Positions 46,249 to 56,154 of a DNA stretch of 64,000 nt are shown piece after piece. The first letter of the stretch is position 1. Each line of letters starts with the position of its first letter. Origin of the DNA: Candidatus Latescibacterota bacterium (GTDB lineage: Bacteria > Latescibacterota > UBA2968 > UBA8231); the NCBI GenBank assembly GCA_965221775.1, contig CBDCSU010000006.1:736001-800000 (forward strand), given 5' to 3'. The notes under the pieces were generated by a model. That model was not told where the DNA came from and did not search any database. It saw nothing but the letters and a program-made list of their open reading frames with translations. The position numbers and the translations under genes were made by a program.

Positions 46249-49200
46249 GCACCGCCTCGCCGCCCGCGGCGCAGGACGCCCTCGAGCTGTTCCACCCCCT
46301 CGTGCGCCGGTGGTTCACCGAGCGCGTCGGCGAGCCCACCGACGTGCAGGCCGCCGCCTGGCCGCGCATCGCCGGCGGCGAGCACCTGCTGGTCACCGCG
46401 CCCACCGGCTCCGGCAAGACCCTCACCGCCTTCCTGTGGGCCCTCGACCGCCTGGTCCGCGGCGACTGGCCGGAGGGGGCCACCAGCGTCCTCTACGTCT
46501 CGCCCCTGAAGGCGCTCAACAACGACATCCAGCGCAACCTCCTCGGGCCGCTGGAGGAGCTGCGGCAGCGGTTCCAGGCCGCCGGCGAGCCCTTCCCCCC
46601 CATCCGCGCCCTCACGCGCTCCGGGGACACGCCCCAGGAGGACCGGCGCCGCATGCTGCGCCAGCCGCCGGAGATCCTCATCACCACCCCGGAGTCCCTC
46701 AACCTGCTGCTCTCCTCCCAGGGGGGGCGCGGCCTGCTCACCGGCCTGCGGTGCGTCATCCTCGACGAGATCCACGGCGTCGTCGGCAGCAAGCGCGGCG
46801 TCCACCTGATCACCGCCGTGGACCGCCTCGTGCGCCTCTCGGGGGAGTTCCAGCGGATCTCCCTGTCGGCGACGGTGCGGCCCCTCGACCGGGTGGCGGC
46901 CTTCGTCGGCGGCTTCCGGCGCCTGCCGGGGCGGGGCGGCGAGCGCTACGAGCCGCGTCCCGTGGCCGTCCTGCGCTCCTCGGCTTCCAAGCGCTACGAC
47001 GTCTCCGTGCGCTTCCCGGAGGCCGCCGACGCCGAGGGCGAGAATCAGGACGACTCGATCTGGCCGGCCATGGCCGAGGCCTTCGAGGAGATCATCGCCG
47101 GCAACCGCTCGACCCTGCTCTTCGTCAACGCCCGCCGCCTGTGCGAGAAGATCACCCGCTTCCTCAACGAGGGCCGCGAGCAGCCCCTGGCCTACGCCCA
47201 TCACGGCTCCCTGTCGCGCGAGATCCGCGAGGTCGTGGAGCGCCGCCTGAAGGAGGGGGAGCTGAAGGCGATCGTGGCCACCAACTCCCTGGAGATGGGC
47301 ATCGACATCGGCGCCCTCGACGAGGTCGTCCTCGTGCAGTCGCCGCCGTCGGTCTCCTCCGCCGTGCAGCGCGCCGGCCGCGCCGGCCACCAGGTCGGCG
47401 AGGTGAGCAAGGCCACCCTCTATCCCACCCACGGCCACGACTTCCTCGAGGCGGCGGTGCTGGCGGCGCAGATCGACGCCCACGACATCGAGGAGATCGA
47501 CCCCGTCACCGGCGCCCTCGACGTCCTCGCCCAGGTGCTGATCTCCATGGCCGGCACCGAGAGCTGGGACCTGGACGAGCTCTACGACGAGGTGCGCGCC
47601 AGCTTCCCCTACCGCCACCTCGCCCGCCGCCAGTTCGACCTCGTCGTCGACATGCTCGCCGGCCGCTACGCCGGCAGCCGGGTGCGCGACCTGCGGCCCC
47701 GGGTGACCGTGGACCGTCTCGACAACACGGTGGAGGCGCGCCGGGGGGCGATGAGCCAGCTCTACATGTCGGGCGGCACGATCCCCGACCGCGGCCTCTT
47801 CAACCTGCGCCTGGAGGGCTCGGGCGCGAAGCTGGGCGAGCTGGACGAGGAGTTCGTGTGGGAGTCGTCCGAGGGGCAGTCCTTCACCCTGGGCACCCAG
47901 AACTGGACGATCCGCAAGATCACCCACAACGACGTGCTGGTGAGCCCGGCGCCGGCCCGCACCGTGGACCTGCCCTTCTGGAAGGGGGAGGGCGCCAACC
48001 GCGACTTCCACTTCTCCAGCGCCATCGGCCGCTTCCTCGAGGACGCCGAGGCCGGCCTCGAGGGCCCCGCCTTCCGGCAACGGCTCACCGACCGCCACCA
48101 CATGGACGAGACCGCCGCCGGCAGCCTCCTCGACTTCCTCGGGCGCCAGCGCGAGGCCACCGGCGCCCCCCTGCCCCACCGCCATCACCTGCTGGTGGAG
48201 CACGTCGCCTCGGCCCCGGGGGGATACATGGGCAGCCAGGTGGTGCTGCACACGTTCTGGGGCGGGCGCGTCAACCAGCCCTTCGCGCTGGCCCTCGACG
48301 CCGCCTGGGAGGAGCGCTTCGGGGGCCGCATCGAGGTCTATCCCTCCAACGACTGCATCGTCCTCGTCCTGCCGGCGGAGACCGGCTCCGAGGAGATCCT
48401 CAGCCTCGTCACCTCCGGCCGCGTGGAGGAACTGCTGCGCCAGCGGCTGGAGGCCTCCGGCTACTTCGGGGCCCGCTTCCGCGAGTGCGCCCAGCGGGCC
48501 CTGCTGCTGACCCGGCGCAGCCTGACCGAGCGCATGCCCCTGTGGCTGAGCCGCCTGCGCTCGCAGCGCCTGCTCGACACGGTGATGCGCTACGAGGACT
48601 TCCCCATCCTCGTCGAGGCCTGGCGCTCCTGCCTGCAGGACGGCTTCGACCTGCCCGCCCTGCGCCTCGTCCTCTCCGAGCTGGAGTCCGGCGCCATCGA
48701 GTGGTCGGAGTGCCGCACCCGCCGCCCGAGCCCGTTCTCGCGCTCCGTCGCCTGGGGGCAGGTCAACGAGTACATGTACGCCGGCGACGCCGCCGCCGGC
48801 CGCCAGACCTCGGAGCTGCGCTCGGACCTGCTGCGCGAGGTCGTCTTCACCCCCGGCCTGCGGCCCACCCTCCCGGCCCACGTGGTGCGGCGCTTCGAGG
48901 AGAAGCGCCAGCGCCTGCACCCGGGGTACGCGCCGTCCGAGGCGCGGGAGCTGGTCGACTGGGTCGACGAGCGCCTGCTGGTCCCGTGGTCCGAGTGGGA
49001 GGCCCTGCTCGCCGCCGCGGCGCGGGACTCGGCCGAGGCCGGGGGGGAGGAGGGATGGGTGGAGGGGGAGGAGGAAGCCTGGAGGGGGCGAATCGTGCGG
49101 GTCGAGGCCGAGGTCCTGGCCGAGCCGGTGGTGGTTGCGCGTCAGGCCCTGGGGCGCCTCGCGGTATTCCCCTGGTGGGGGGAGGCGCGGGTGAGCGGGT

Positions 49201-51095
49201 TGGATGGCGCGCCGGTGGAGGTCGAGCTGGTGGAGGCGGGCCTGGAGAGCGAGGACGCCGGGGGCCCTGGGGACGCGGAGGAGGAACGCGGGGGCTCGGG
49301 ACTGGAGATCGAGGCCGCCCGGGCTGTTGCGGATACGGCAGAGGCGCCGGAGGACCCGAACCTGGGGAGCGGAGTCGGCAGCGGCGCCGGGAACGCGGAA
49401 GACCCGGAGGGCACGGGCCTTGGGATCGAGTCCACCGATGGCGTCGGGGGCCAGGAGGGGGCACGGGAGGACGCGGGCCTGGGGCTCGGAGACGGCGAGG
49501 CTGGCGGCGACGCGGAGGAGGGACCCCGAGGCTTGGGCCTCGAGCTCGGGGCCGTCAGTGGCGACGGGACGGACGAAGAAGACGCGCGGGAGGAACTCCG
49601 CCTCGAGGCCGCTGTCACCGCCTGGCTGTCCTACTACGGCCCGGTCGACCGAGGCCGCCTGGCGGGGACCCTGGGCCTCGGCGACCCGCTGCTGGCGTCC
49701 GTACTCGACGACCTGGCCGGGGAGCAGGCCGTCGTCGTCGGTACCCTGGTCGAGGGCGCGGAGCGGGACCAGGTCTGCGAGGCGGAGAACCTCGAGTCCC
49801 TGCTGCGCATGGCCCGGGCCGACGCGACGCCGGCCTTCCAGGCCCTGCCGGTGGACCAGCTGCCCCTGTTCCTCGCCGTCTTCCAGGGCCTCCACGAGCC
49901 CGGGGATACGCCCGAAGCCCTGCGCCGCCGGCTCGAGCCTCTCCTCGGCTGCGACGCCCCCGCCGGCCTGTGGGAGACCGAGATCCTGCCGGCGCGAATG
50001 CGCGGCTACCAGACGCCGCTCCTCGACGGGGTCCTGCAGGAGAGCGGCCTGCGCTGGGTCGGCTGCGGCCGCGAGCGCCTGACCTTCTGCTTCGAGCACG
50101 ACCTCGACCTGCTCGCCGGACCCACCGCCGACGACGGCGCGGCCTCCCTCTTCCCCGACCCCCACGGCCGCTACGACTTCTCCACCCTTCTGGAACTGGC
50201 CGGCCTCGACGCTCCCGCCCTGGCCGCGGCCCTGTGGGACGGCGCCTGGTCCGGCCGCGTCGGCAACGACTCCTTCGCCGCCGTCCGCCGCGGACTGGAC
50301 ACGGGGTTCCGGCCGCCCGAGGCGCCCGCCGCCGCGGAAGGCCTCCCGCCCGGCGGCGGACTCCGGGGCCCCCGTCCGCGCGGGGGCCGCCTGTCGCGAA
50401 GGGCCGCCGGCCGCTGGCGGGGAACCACCGTCTACCCCGGAAGCTGGCAGCTCCTGCCTCGACCAGAAGCCGCCGCGGACCCGCTGGAGGAGGAGGAGCG
50501 CAACAAGGACCGCGTGCGCCTTCTCCTCGACCGCTACGGCGTCCTTTTCCGCGAACTGCTGCAACGCGAGCGGCCCACCCTGCGGTGGAAGGGGCTGTTC
50601 CGCGCCCTGCGGCTGATGGAGCTCTCCGGCGAGATCCTCGCCGGCCACTTCTTCGAGGGCGTGCCGGGGCCCCAGTTCGCCAGCCACCGCGCCTTCCGCC
50701 TGCTCTCTCGGGATCTGCCGCGGGAGGCCGTGTTCTGGCTCTCCGCCGCCGATCCGGCCTCCGCCTGCGGCCTCGGGCTGGAGGGCCTGCGCGCCTCCCT
50801 GCCGCGGCGGGTGGCGGGCACCCACCTCGTCTACCACGGGCCGCGGCTGGTGCTGGAGTCGCACCGCAACGGCCGGCGCCTGGTCTTCCACGTCGCCCCC
50901 GACGACCCGCGCCTGCCCGAGTACCTGGCGCCCCTCGACCACCTCCTCACCCGCGCCCGCCAGCCGGTGCGGCAGCTGGAGATCGAGACGGTCGACGGCG
51001 CCCCGGCGGCGTCCAGTCCCTTCGCCGACGTCCTCGGCGCCCAGTTCGACCTGAGGCGCGACCACCACAGCCTGATCCTGCTGCGCAACGTCTGA
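46245..51095 (+). CDS. lhr: Lhr-family DEAD/DEAH-box helicase (long form)
   Basis: APTGSGKT, SPLKALNND, TTPESL, DEIH, SAT, HHGSLS, SLEMGIDIG, QRAGRAGH, GELDEEFV, LLDRYGV. Confidence 0.93.
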   Translation: MSTASPPAAQDALELFHPLVRRWFTERVGEPTDVQAAAWPRIAGGEHLLVTAPTGSGKTLTAFLWALDRLVRGDWPEGATSVLYVSPLKALNNDIQRNLLGPLEELRQRFQAAGEPFPPIRALTRSGDTPQEDRRRMLRQPPEILITTPESLNLLLSSQGGRGLLTGLRCVILDEIHGVVGSKRGVHLITAVDRLVRLSGEFQRISLSATVRPLDRVAAFVGGFRRLPGRGGERYEPRPVAVLRSSASKRYDVSVRFPEAADAEGENQDDSIWPAMAEAFEEIIAGNRSTLLFVNARRLCEKITRFLNEGREQPLAYAHHGSLSREIREVVERRLKEGELKAIVATNSLEMGIDIGALDEVVLVQSPPSVSSAVQRAGRAGHQVGEVSKATLYPTHGHDFLEAAVLAAQIDAHDIEEIDPVTGALDVLAQVLISMAGTESWDLDELYDEVRASFPYRHLARRQFDLVVDMLAGRYAGSRVRDLRPRVTVDRLDNTVEARRGAMSQLYMSGGTIPDRGLFNLRLEGSGAKLGELDEEFVWESSEGQSFTLGTQNWTIRKITHNDVLVSPAPARTVDLPFWKGEGANRDFHFSSAIGRFLEDAEAGLEGPAFRQRLTDRHHMDETAAGSLLDFLGRQREATGAPLPHRHHLLVEHVASAPGGYMGSQVVLHTFWGGRVNQPFALALDAAWEERFGGRIEVYPSNDCIVLVLPAETGSEEILSLVTSGRVEELLRQRLEASGYFGARFRECAQRALLLTRRSLTERMPLWLSRLRSQRLLDTVMRYEDFPILVEAWRSCLQDGFDLPALRLVLSELESGAIEWSECRTRRPSPFSRSVAWGQVNEYMYAGDAAAGRQTSELRSDLLREVVFTPGLRPTLPAHVVRRFEEKRQRLHPGYAPSEARELVDWVDERLLVPWSEWEALLAAAARDSAEAGGEEGWVEGEEEAWRGRIVRVEAEVLAEPVVVARQALGRLAVFPWWGEARVSGLDGAPVEVELVEAGLESEDAGGPGDAEEERGGSGLEIEAARAVADTAEAPEDPNLGSGVGSGAGNAEDPEGTGLGIESTDGVGGQEGAREDAGLGLGDGEAGGDAEEGPRGLGLELGAVSGDGTDEEDAREELRLEAAVTAWLSYYGPVDRGRLAGTLGLGDPLLASVLDDLAGEQAVVVGTLVEGAERDQVCEAENLESLLRMARADATPAFQALPVDQLPLFLAVFQGLHEPGDTPEALRRRLEPLLGCDAPAGLWETEILPARMRGYQTPLLDGVLQESGLRWVGCGRERLTFCFEHDLDLLAGPTADDGAASLFPDPHGRYDFSTLLELAGLDAPALAAALWDGAWSGRVGNDSFAAVRRGLDTGFRPPEAPAAAEGLPPGGGLRGPRPRGGRLSRRAAGRWRGTTVYPGSWQLLPRPEAAADPLEEEERNKDRVRLLLDRYGVLFRELLQRERPTLRWKGLFRALRLMELSGEILAGHFFEGVPGPQFASHRAFRLLSRDLPREAVFWLSAADPASACGLGLEGLRASLPRRVAGTHLVYHGPRLVLESHRNGRRLVFHVAPDDPRLPEYLAPLDHLLTRARQPVRQLEIETVDGAPAASSPFADVLGAQFDLRRDHHSLILLRNV
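49240..49610 (+). repeat. Degenerate ~60-bp (~20-aa) acidic Gly/Glu-rich repeats inside Lhr
   Basis: GLESED.../GLEIEA.../NLGSGV.../GLGIES.../GLGLGD.../GLGLEL... recurring about every 19-21 aa. Confidence 0.6.
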
Positions 51096-51243
51096 CGGAA
51101 CCGGTAGGAGCCGGCCCGTCCAGTTCGTATCTTGCGCGCCCCCCGGGGCCGGACAGGCCCTGGGGTGGTTTTCTCAGCGGTCCCCGGGTCCTTTCCGGAC
51201 CCGCCCTCGTCAGGCGCGCCCCGCGCCGGAAAGGGAGCCTGTC

Positions 51244-51714
51244 ATGGCCCAGGACGTGAAGACGGCCGAGCAGATCCTGCAGGAGAAGGGCGGCGAGCTG
51301 TACTCGGTGGGGGAGGACGCCACCATTCTGGAGGCGCTGCGCCTCATGGTGGAGAACAAGGTCGGGTCCACCCTGGTGGCGGAGGGAAGCCGCCCGGTGG
51401 GCATCTACACCGAGCGGGACCTGATGCGCAACACCATCGATCCCTCCTTCGACCCGGGGACGGCCCGCATCGGGGACTACATGACCCGCGGGCTGAAGTT
51501 CGCCCCCCACACCGACAACGCCTACGAGCTGATGGACAAGTTCCTCGGCCTGCGGCTGCGCCACCTGCTCATCGACCGGGCCGGCGAGTTCATCGGACTC
51601 CTCTCCATCGGCGACGTCATCCGCAGCGCCCTGCAGGAGCGCACCCGCGAGCTGGAGGCGCTGCAGCAGGTGGTGCAGTGGGAGTACCACGAGGAATGGA
51701 AGCCGCGCCGCTGA
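51244..51714 (+). CDS. CBS-domain protein
   Basis: ATILEALRLMVENKVGS, GIYTERD, DYMT, LRHL, GLLSIGDVI. Confidence 0.92.
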   Translation: MAQDVKTAEQILQEKGGELYSVGEDATILEALRLMVENKVGSTLVAEGSRPVGIYTERDLMRNTIDPSFDPGTARIGDYMTRGLKFAPHTDNAYELMDKFLGLRLRHLLIDRAGEFIGLLSIGDVIRSALQERTRELEALQQVVQWEYHEEWKPRR

Positions 51715-51733
51715 GCGCGGGCCCCCCCTGACC

Positions 51734-52324
51734 ATGGAACTCGCCCTCATCGGCGACTCGATCCGCATGGGCTACCAGGAGACGGTCCGCCGCGCGCTGG
51801 AGCCGGGGATCCGCGTGCGCTCGCCGGAGCCCAACGGCGGGCCCTCCCGCAACGTCCTGGAGCACCTCGACGAGTGGGTGCTGGACCGGCCGCCCAACGT
51901 GGCCCACCTCAACTGCGGCCTCCACGACCTGGCGAAGGACTTCGACTCCGGCCTCGCGCGGGTGCCGCTGGAGGAGTACGGGATCAACGTGGCCCGCATT
52001 CTCGAGCGCGTGCAGGCCGCCGGCATCCGCCCCGTGTGGGCCACGATCACCCCCGTGGACGAGGTCCTCCACCACCGCAACAAGAGCTTCGACCGCTTCG
52101 AGGCCGACGTGGACGCCTACAACGCGGCCGCGCTGGAGGCCGCCGGGGCCGCGGGGGTCGCCGTGAACGACTTGTTCCGCGTGATCGAGTCCGCCGGCCG
52201 GGGGCGGCTGCTGCGCGACGACGGGGTCCACTTCACCGACGAGGGCAGCCGCCTCCTCGGCGAGGCGGTGGCCGCCTTTGTCAGGGGGCTGCCCGGCCTC
52301 GGGGCCGGGGGCGCCGATGGGTAG
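51734..52324 (+). CDS. SGNH/GDSL hydrolase
   Basis: IGDSI, NCGLHD, DGVHF. Confidence 0.9.
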   Translation: MELALIGDSIRMGYQETVRRALEPGIRVRSPEPNGGPSRNVLEHLDEWVLDRPPNVAHLNCGLHDLAKDFDSGLARVPLEEYGINVARILERVQAAGIRPVWATITPVDEVLHHRNKSFDRFEADVDAYNAAALEAAGAAGVAVNDLFRVIESAGRGRLLRDDGVHFTDEGSRLLGEAVAAFVRGLPGLGAGGADG

Positions 52325-53066
52325 GCTGGAGGGCCGCGTCGCCGTGGTCACCGGCGGGGCCACCGGCATCGGGGGAGCCTCCGCCGAGCTTTTCGCCGCC
52401 GAGGGCGCCCTGAGCGTGATCCTCGACCACAACGAGGCCGAGGGCCGGGCCACCGTCGAGCGGATCACCGCCGCCGGGGGGCGGGCCGAGGTCCACCCCC
52501 TCGACGTGCGCTCCCACGAGGAGACAGCCGGCGTCTTCGGCGAGATCGGCGACCGCCACGGCCGCGTCGATGTGCTCCTGTGCAGCGCCGGGGTCCTCGA
52601 CGGCGCCTACCGGAAGATCGCCGACCTGCCCGAGGAGGAGTGGGACATCACCCTCGACACCAACCTCAAGGGCACCTACCTGACGGTGCGCTCCGCCGCT
52701 CCCCTGCTGCGGGCGGCGGGACGTTCGGTGCTGCTCCTGGTCTCCTCCGGCGCCGGCGTGCGCGGCGCCTCCTCCTCCTATGCCTACGCCGCCAGCAAGG
52801 CGGGCATGCACGGCATGCAGTACAACTTCGAGAGCGACCTGGGGCCGGGCGGCACCCGCGTGCACGTGATCTGCCCCGGCGGCATCGCCACGCCCCTGAA
52901 GCTGCGCAACATCGCCCAGGGCGCCGAGGCCCGGGGGCAGGACCCGGAGGCCGCCGTGGCCGCGGCGCGGCGCTCCCTCGGCGACCCGGCTGGCGTCGCC
53001 AGAGTCCTCGCCTTCCTCGCCTCCGACGACGGCGAGTACGTGCGCGGCACGGTCTTCACCCGCTAG
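52317..53066 (+). CDS. SDR family oxidoreductase
   Basis: TGGATGIG, CSAG, YAASK, CPGGI.T. Confidence 0.9.
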   Translation: MGRLEGRVAVVTGGATGIGGASAELFAAEGALSVILDHNEAEGRATVERITAAGGRAEVHPLDVRSHEETAGVFGEIGDRHGRVDVLLCSAGVLDGAYRKIADLPEEEWDITLDTNLKGTYLTVRSAAPLLRAAGRSVLLLVSSGAGVRGASSSYAYAASKAGMHGMQYNFESDLGPGGTRVHVICPGGIATPLKLRNIAQGAEARGQDPEAAVAAARRSLGDPAGVARVLAFLASDDGEYVRGTVFTR

Positions 53067-53072
53067 TCCGCC

Positions 53073-53960
53073 TCAGGGCACCAGCTCCTTCGACACCACC
53101 GCCCGCGTCGTCACCGGGAAGGCCCCCGGCTCGCAGCACTGGCAGATCTGCACGTCCACCGCTGCGCTGGCCAGCATGTAGGCGTCCTCGAAGCCCAGAC
53201 CGAGCCGCTGCTGCATGAGGTCGACCATCTCGCCGGCGGCGAGCCTCGCCGCGGCGGCCAGGCTGTCGCCCTCGCCGGTGGTGATCCAGTGCTCGGCGGT
53301 CTCGATCAGGGGCCGCTTCGTCTCCGCCCCCTTCACCAGCTCGACCCGCACCGTCACCTCGGCACAGATCTCCAGGCCGATGAAGGTGATCTCGCCGTCG
53401 CCCATGGCGGCGTGGACGTCGCCGAGGCCGAGAAGGGCTCCCGGCACGGCCACGGGCAGGTGCACGCGGGCGCCGGCGCCGACGTGCTTGTTGTCCATGT
53501 TGCCGCCGTGGGGTCCGGCGAAGCTCGTCGACACCGGCTCCCCCGCCGGCGCCGTGCCGACGACGCCGACCATGGGACGGACGGGAAAGCGCAGGTCTCC
53601 GAAGCGGGCCACGCCGTCGGAAACGGGGACGATGCGGGTGGCGTAGCGGCCGGCGCGCTCCGCCAGCAGCCCCTCCCCCTTCTTCACCGCCAGAAAGCCG
53701 GACTCGGCCAGCTCGACGGCTTCGATCTCCACGCACAGGCCGTCCCCCGGCTCGGCGCCGCGCACGCGCACGGGCCCGGTGGCCGGGTTCGCCCCCGCCG
53801 GGTGGGGGCGGTCGAGGAGGTCCTCGTCGGAGCGGATGGTGCCGGTGCGGGCGTCGAAGGTCTCGAAGGTGACGCGGTCGCCGGGGTCGATCTCGAGGAC
53901 CGGCTCCAGGCTCTTGTCGAAACGGTAGGCGATGCGGTCGTGGCCGAGGCGGTGGTCCAT
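53073..53960 (-). CDS. Acetamidase/formamidase family protein
   Basis: NPATGPV.V.GAEPGD, PMVGVVG, HGGNMD, GDVHAAMGDGE. Confidence 0.92.
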   Translation of the reverse strand: MDHRLGHDRIAYRFDKSLEPVLEIDPGDRVTFETFDARTGTIRSDEDLLDRPHPAGANPATGPVRVRGAEPGDGLCVEIEAVELAESGFLAVKKGEGLLAERAGRYATRIVPVSDGVARFGDLRFPVRPMVGVVGTAPAGEPVSTSFAGPHGGNMDNKHVGAGARVHLPVAVPGALLGLGDVHAAMGDGEITFIGLEICAEVTVRVELVKGAETKRPLIETAEHWITTGEGDSLAAAARLAAGEMVDLMQQRLGLGFEDAYMLASAAVDVQICQCCEPGAFPVTTRAVVSKELVP

Positions 53961-54029
53961 GGGGATCTCCCGGGTTGGGTTGCGGCGGTGCGGCCCCTAA
54001 ACTACGTCGCTCACACGGAGAGGAACCGA

Positions 54030-55007
54030 ATGACCGTCATCGACCAGCGCGACATCGACCGCCGGATCTGGGAAGGGGAGCTGGAGGACTACGTCCCGCG
54101 GCGGCTCTACGACATGCACGTGCACATGTGGTCCGAGGCCCACGCCGGCGACGCCGAGGCGAGCGGACTGCGGCTGGAGATCGACTACCAGGACCACCTG
54201 GCCTGGGCCGAGGCCCTGTATCCGGGGCGGGAGATCCACTACCTCGTGCTGGCCACGCCGATCGTCGGCATGGACGCCCACGGCCACAACGAGTGGTTGG
54301 CGGCGCAGATGGCCGCCGACCCGCGGTCGGGCGTCAACATGATGGTCACCCCCGCCATGAGCGCCGAGTACGTCGACGCCATGGTGGAACGCCACGGCTT
54401 CGTCGGCCTCAAGCCCTACCGGACCTTCGCCCCCGACCCGGCGGAGGCGCCGATCCGGGACTTCCTGCCCGAGCCGCTCATCGAGGTGGCCCACCAGCGG
54501 GGCCTGGCGGTGACCATGCACCTGTCGAAGCGGGCGGGGCCCGCCGACTTCGAGAACCTGGCCGACCTGGAGCGCTACACCCGCGTCTACCCCGGCGTCC
54601 GCTGGATCCTCGCCCACTGCGCCCGCGGCTTCAACGCCGTCTTCCTGGAGGAGGCCATCCACTTCCTCAAGGGGCTGCCGGGGATCTGGTACGACACCTC
54701 GGCGGTGAACGACGTGTACGCCCACTACCTGCTGATGAAGCACGAGGACCGCCGCCGGGTGATGTACGGCTCCGACAACGTCGTCGCCGGGTGCGGGCGC
54801 GGGAAGTACGTGACCTACGCCGGCGCCTGGCACTTCCACGGCGGGGACCCCGCCCTGCCCCACTGCGACCCGGAGCCGACCTGGGTCATCTACGAGCAGC
54901 TGCGGCAGGAGCGGCAGGTGGCGGAGATGCTGGGGCTGACGCGGTCCGAGATCGAGGACCACTTCTGGGGGAACGCCGTGCGCTTCTTCCGGGGGCTGGG
55001 GCGGTGA
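54030..55007 (+). CDS. Amidohydrolase_2 family protein
   Basis: DMHVH, GLKPY, ILAHCAR, YDTS, YGSD, GNA. Confidence 0.87.
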   Translation: MTVIDQRDIDRRIWEGELEDYVPRRLYDMHVHMWSEAHAGDAEASGLRLEIDYQDHLAWAEALYPGREIHYLVLATPIVGMDAHGHNEWLAAQMAADPRSGVNMMVTPAMSAEYVDAMVERHGFVGLKPYRTFAPDPAEAPIRDFLPEPLIEVAHQRGLAVTMHLSKRAGPADFENLADLERYTRVYPGVRWILAHCARGFNAVFLEEAIHFLKGLPGIWYDTSAVNDVYAHYLLMKHEDRRRVMYGSDNVVAGCGRGKYVTYAGAWHFHGGDPALPHCDPEPTWVIYEQLRQERQVAEMLGLTRSEIEDHFWGNAVRFFRGLGR

Positions 55008-55282
55008 CCGCCGGCAGCAGGAGCGGCCGCCATTGCTCGCGCCGGGGGGCACGCCGGCAACCGGGGACGACAGGGGTGGGTCGCGGCTGAGCCCGCCGCC
55101 TGAGGAGGGGGCCGCGGCTGGCTCCGGGAGCCAGGCCCTGGCCTGCTCCGCCGGGCGCTATGGCGATCCCGAGGGACTTGCGCGGCGGCGAGGGTTGGGC
55201 GGTCCCCGCCGCACTTGCACGCGAGCGGGGGGTATCCGAGGCTGAATCCGCGGGACCGGACCGGCCCGCGAGGCCGGCGCGG

Positions 55283-55660
55283 CTACTCGGCCCTGGAAGC
55301 AGACTCCTGCGCCTCCGGGCCTTCCTCCGGCGGCGGGGCTTCCTCGGCGTCCTGCTCTCCGCGGCGTACCCGCTCGTACGCGGCCTCGGCGTCGCGCAAC
55401 GCCGCCGCGGCCTCGCGGATGCGCTGGCGCAGCTCGCGGACCCCGTGCTCGCTGCTGAGCTCCGCTCCCCGGCCCTCTTCGAGAAGCCGGTAGACCTTCT
55501 GCCCCAGCTCGGTGTAGAGGCGCGACAGGCGCGTCCGGGCGGCGGCCACGTCGAGCCGGGCCCGCCCGATGCGGGTCAGCTTCCCGGCCTTGTTGGCGGC
55601 GGCGGCGGCGCCGCCCTGGAACCCGCGCTTGATGGAATCCCACGTCCTGTCCATGCTCAC
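55283..55660 (-). CDS. Hypothetical coiled-coil protein
   Basis: WDSIKRG...KLTRIGRARLD...LYTELGQKVY helical pattern; GTGA overlap with the BMC gene. Confidence 0.7.
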   Translation of the reverse strand: MSMDRTWDSIKRGFQGGAAAAANKAGKLTRIGRARLDVAAARTRLSRLYTELGQKVYRLLEEGRGAELSSEHGVRELRQRIREAAAALRDAEAAYERVRRGEQDAEEAPPPEEGPEAQESASRAE

Positions 55661-56139
55661 TCTCCCGCCGATCCGGCGGCGCCGAGGGCCTGGCGCAACG
55701 CCTCGATCAGCTGCTCCTTGTTGGCGCGCGATACCTGCCGGCCCTTCAGGCCGACACCGGCGGTCTGGCGGGCCAGCCGCCGCAGCCGGGTGACCGGCAC
55801 CGCGTCGAGATCCTGCGGAAGCTCCGATGGCTCCGGCGGCTCCCCTTCGGGCCGGGGGTCCGGGGCCCTCCTCGGAGCGAGGGCCTCCACGTCGATCCGC
55901 GGCGACGGGATGACGTGGGCGCTGACGACCTCACCGACACGGGCGGCCGCGGCGCGGGCGGCCTCGACGGCGGTGGTCACCGACGCCGTGTCGCCCCGGA
56001 AGCTGAGGGAAACGAACCCGCCGCCGATGCGCTCGAACCCGAGCAGGCGGACATCGGCCGTCTTGGCCGCGGTATCGGCGGCTTCGACGACGCCGACCAA
56101 GCCGCGGGTCTCGATCAGTCCGATGGCCGACCCGGGCAC
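55657..56139 (-). CDS. Bacterial microcompartment shell protein (BMC-H) with C-terminal extension
   Basis: AIGLIETRGLVGVVEAADTAAKTADV...GGG...GDTASV..AV...HVIPSP. Confidence 0.9.
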   Translation of the reverse strand: MPGSAIGLIETRGLVGVVEAADTAAKTADVRLLGFERIGGGFVSLSFRGDTASVTTAVEAARAAAARVGEVVSAHVIPSPRIDVEALAPRRAPDPRPEGEPPEPSELPQDLDAVPVTRLRRLARQTAGVGLKGRQVSRANKEQLIEALRQALGAAGSAGE

Positions 56140-56154
56140 GGGTGAAAAGAGGGG

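Noticed and set aside
45831-51259. Very long alternative-frame ORFs (1745 aa minus, 1649 aa plus) over lhr, and similar shadow ORFs throughout the window
   Set aside because: Arg/Pro/Gly-rich or antisense mirror frames expected from stop-codon scarcity at very high GC; no recognisable motifs.
55008-55282. 275-bp GC-rich intergenic region with several hairpins as a structured ncRNA
   Set aside because: No recognisable SRP, RNase P, tmRNA, 6S or riboswitch signature; hairpins are expected by chance at this GC. An Rfam scan would settle it.
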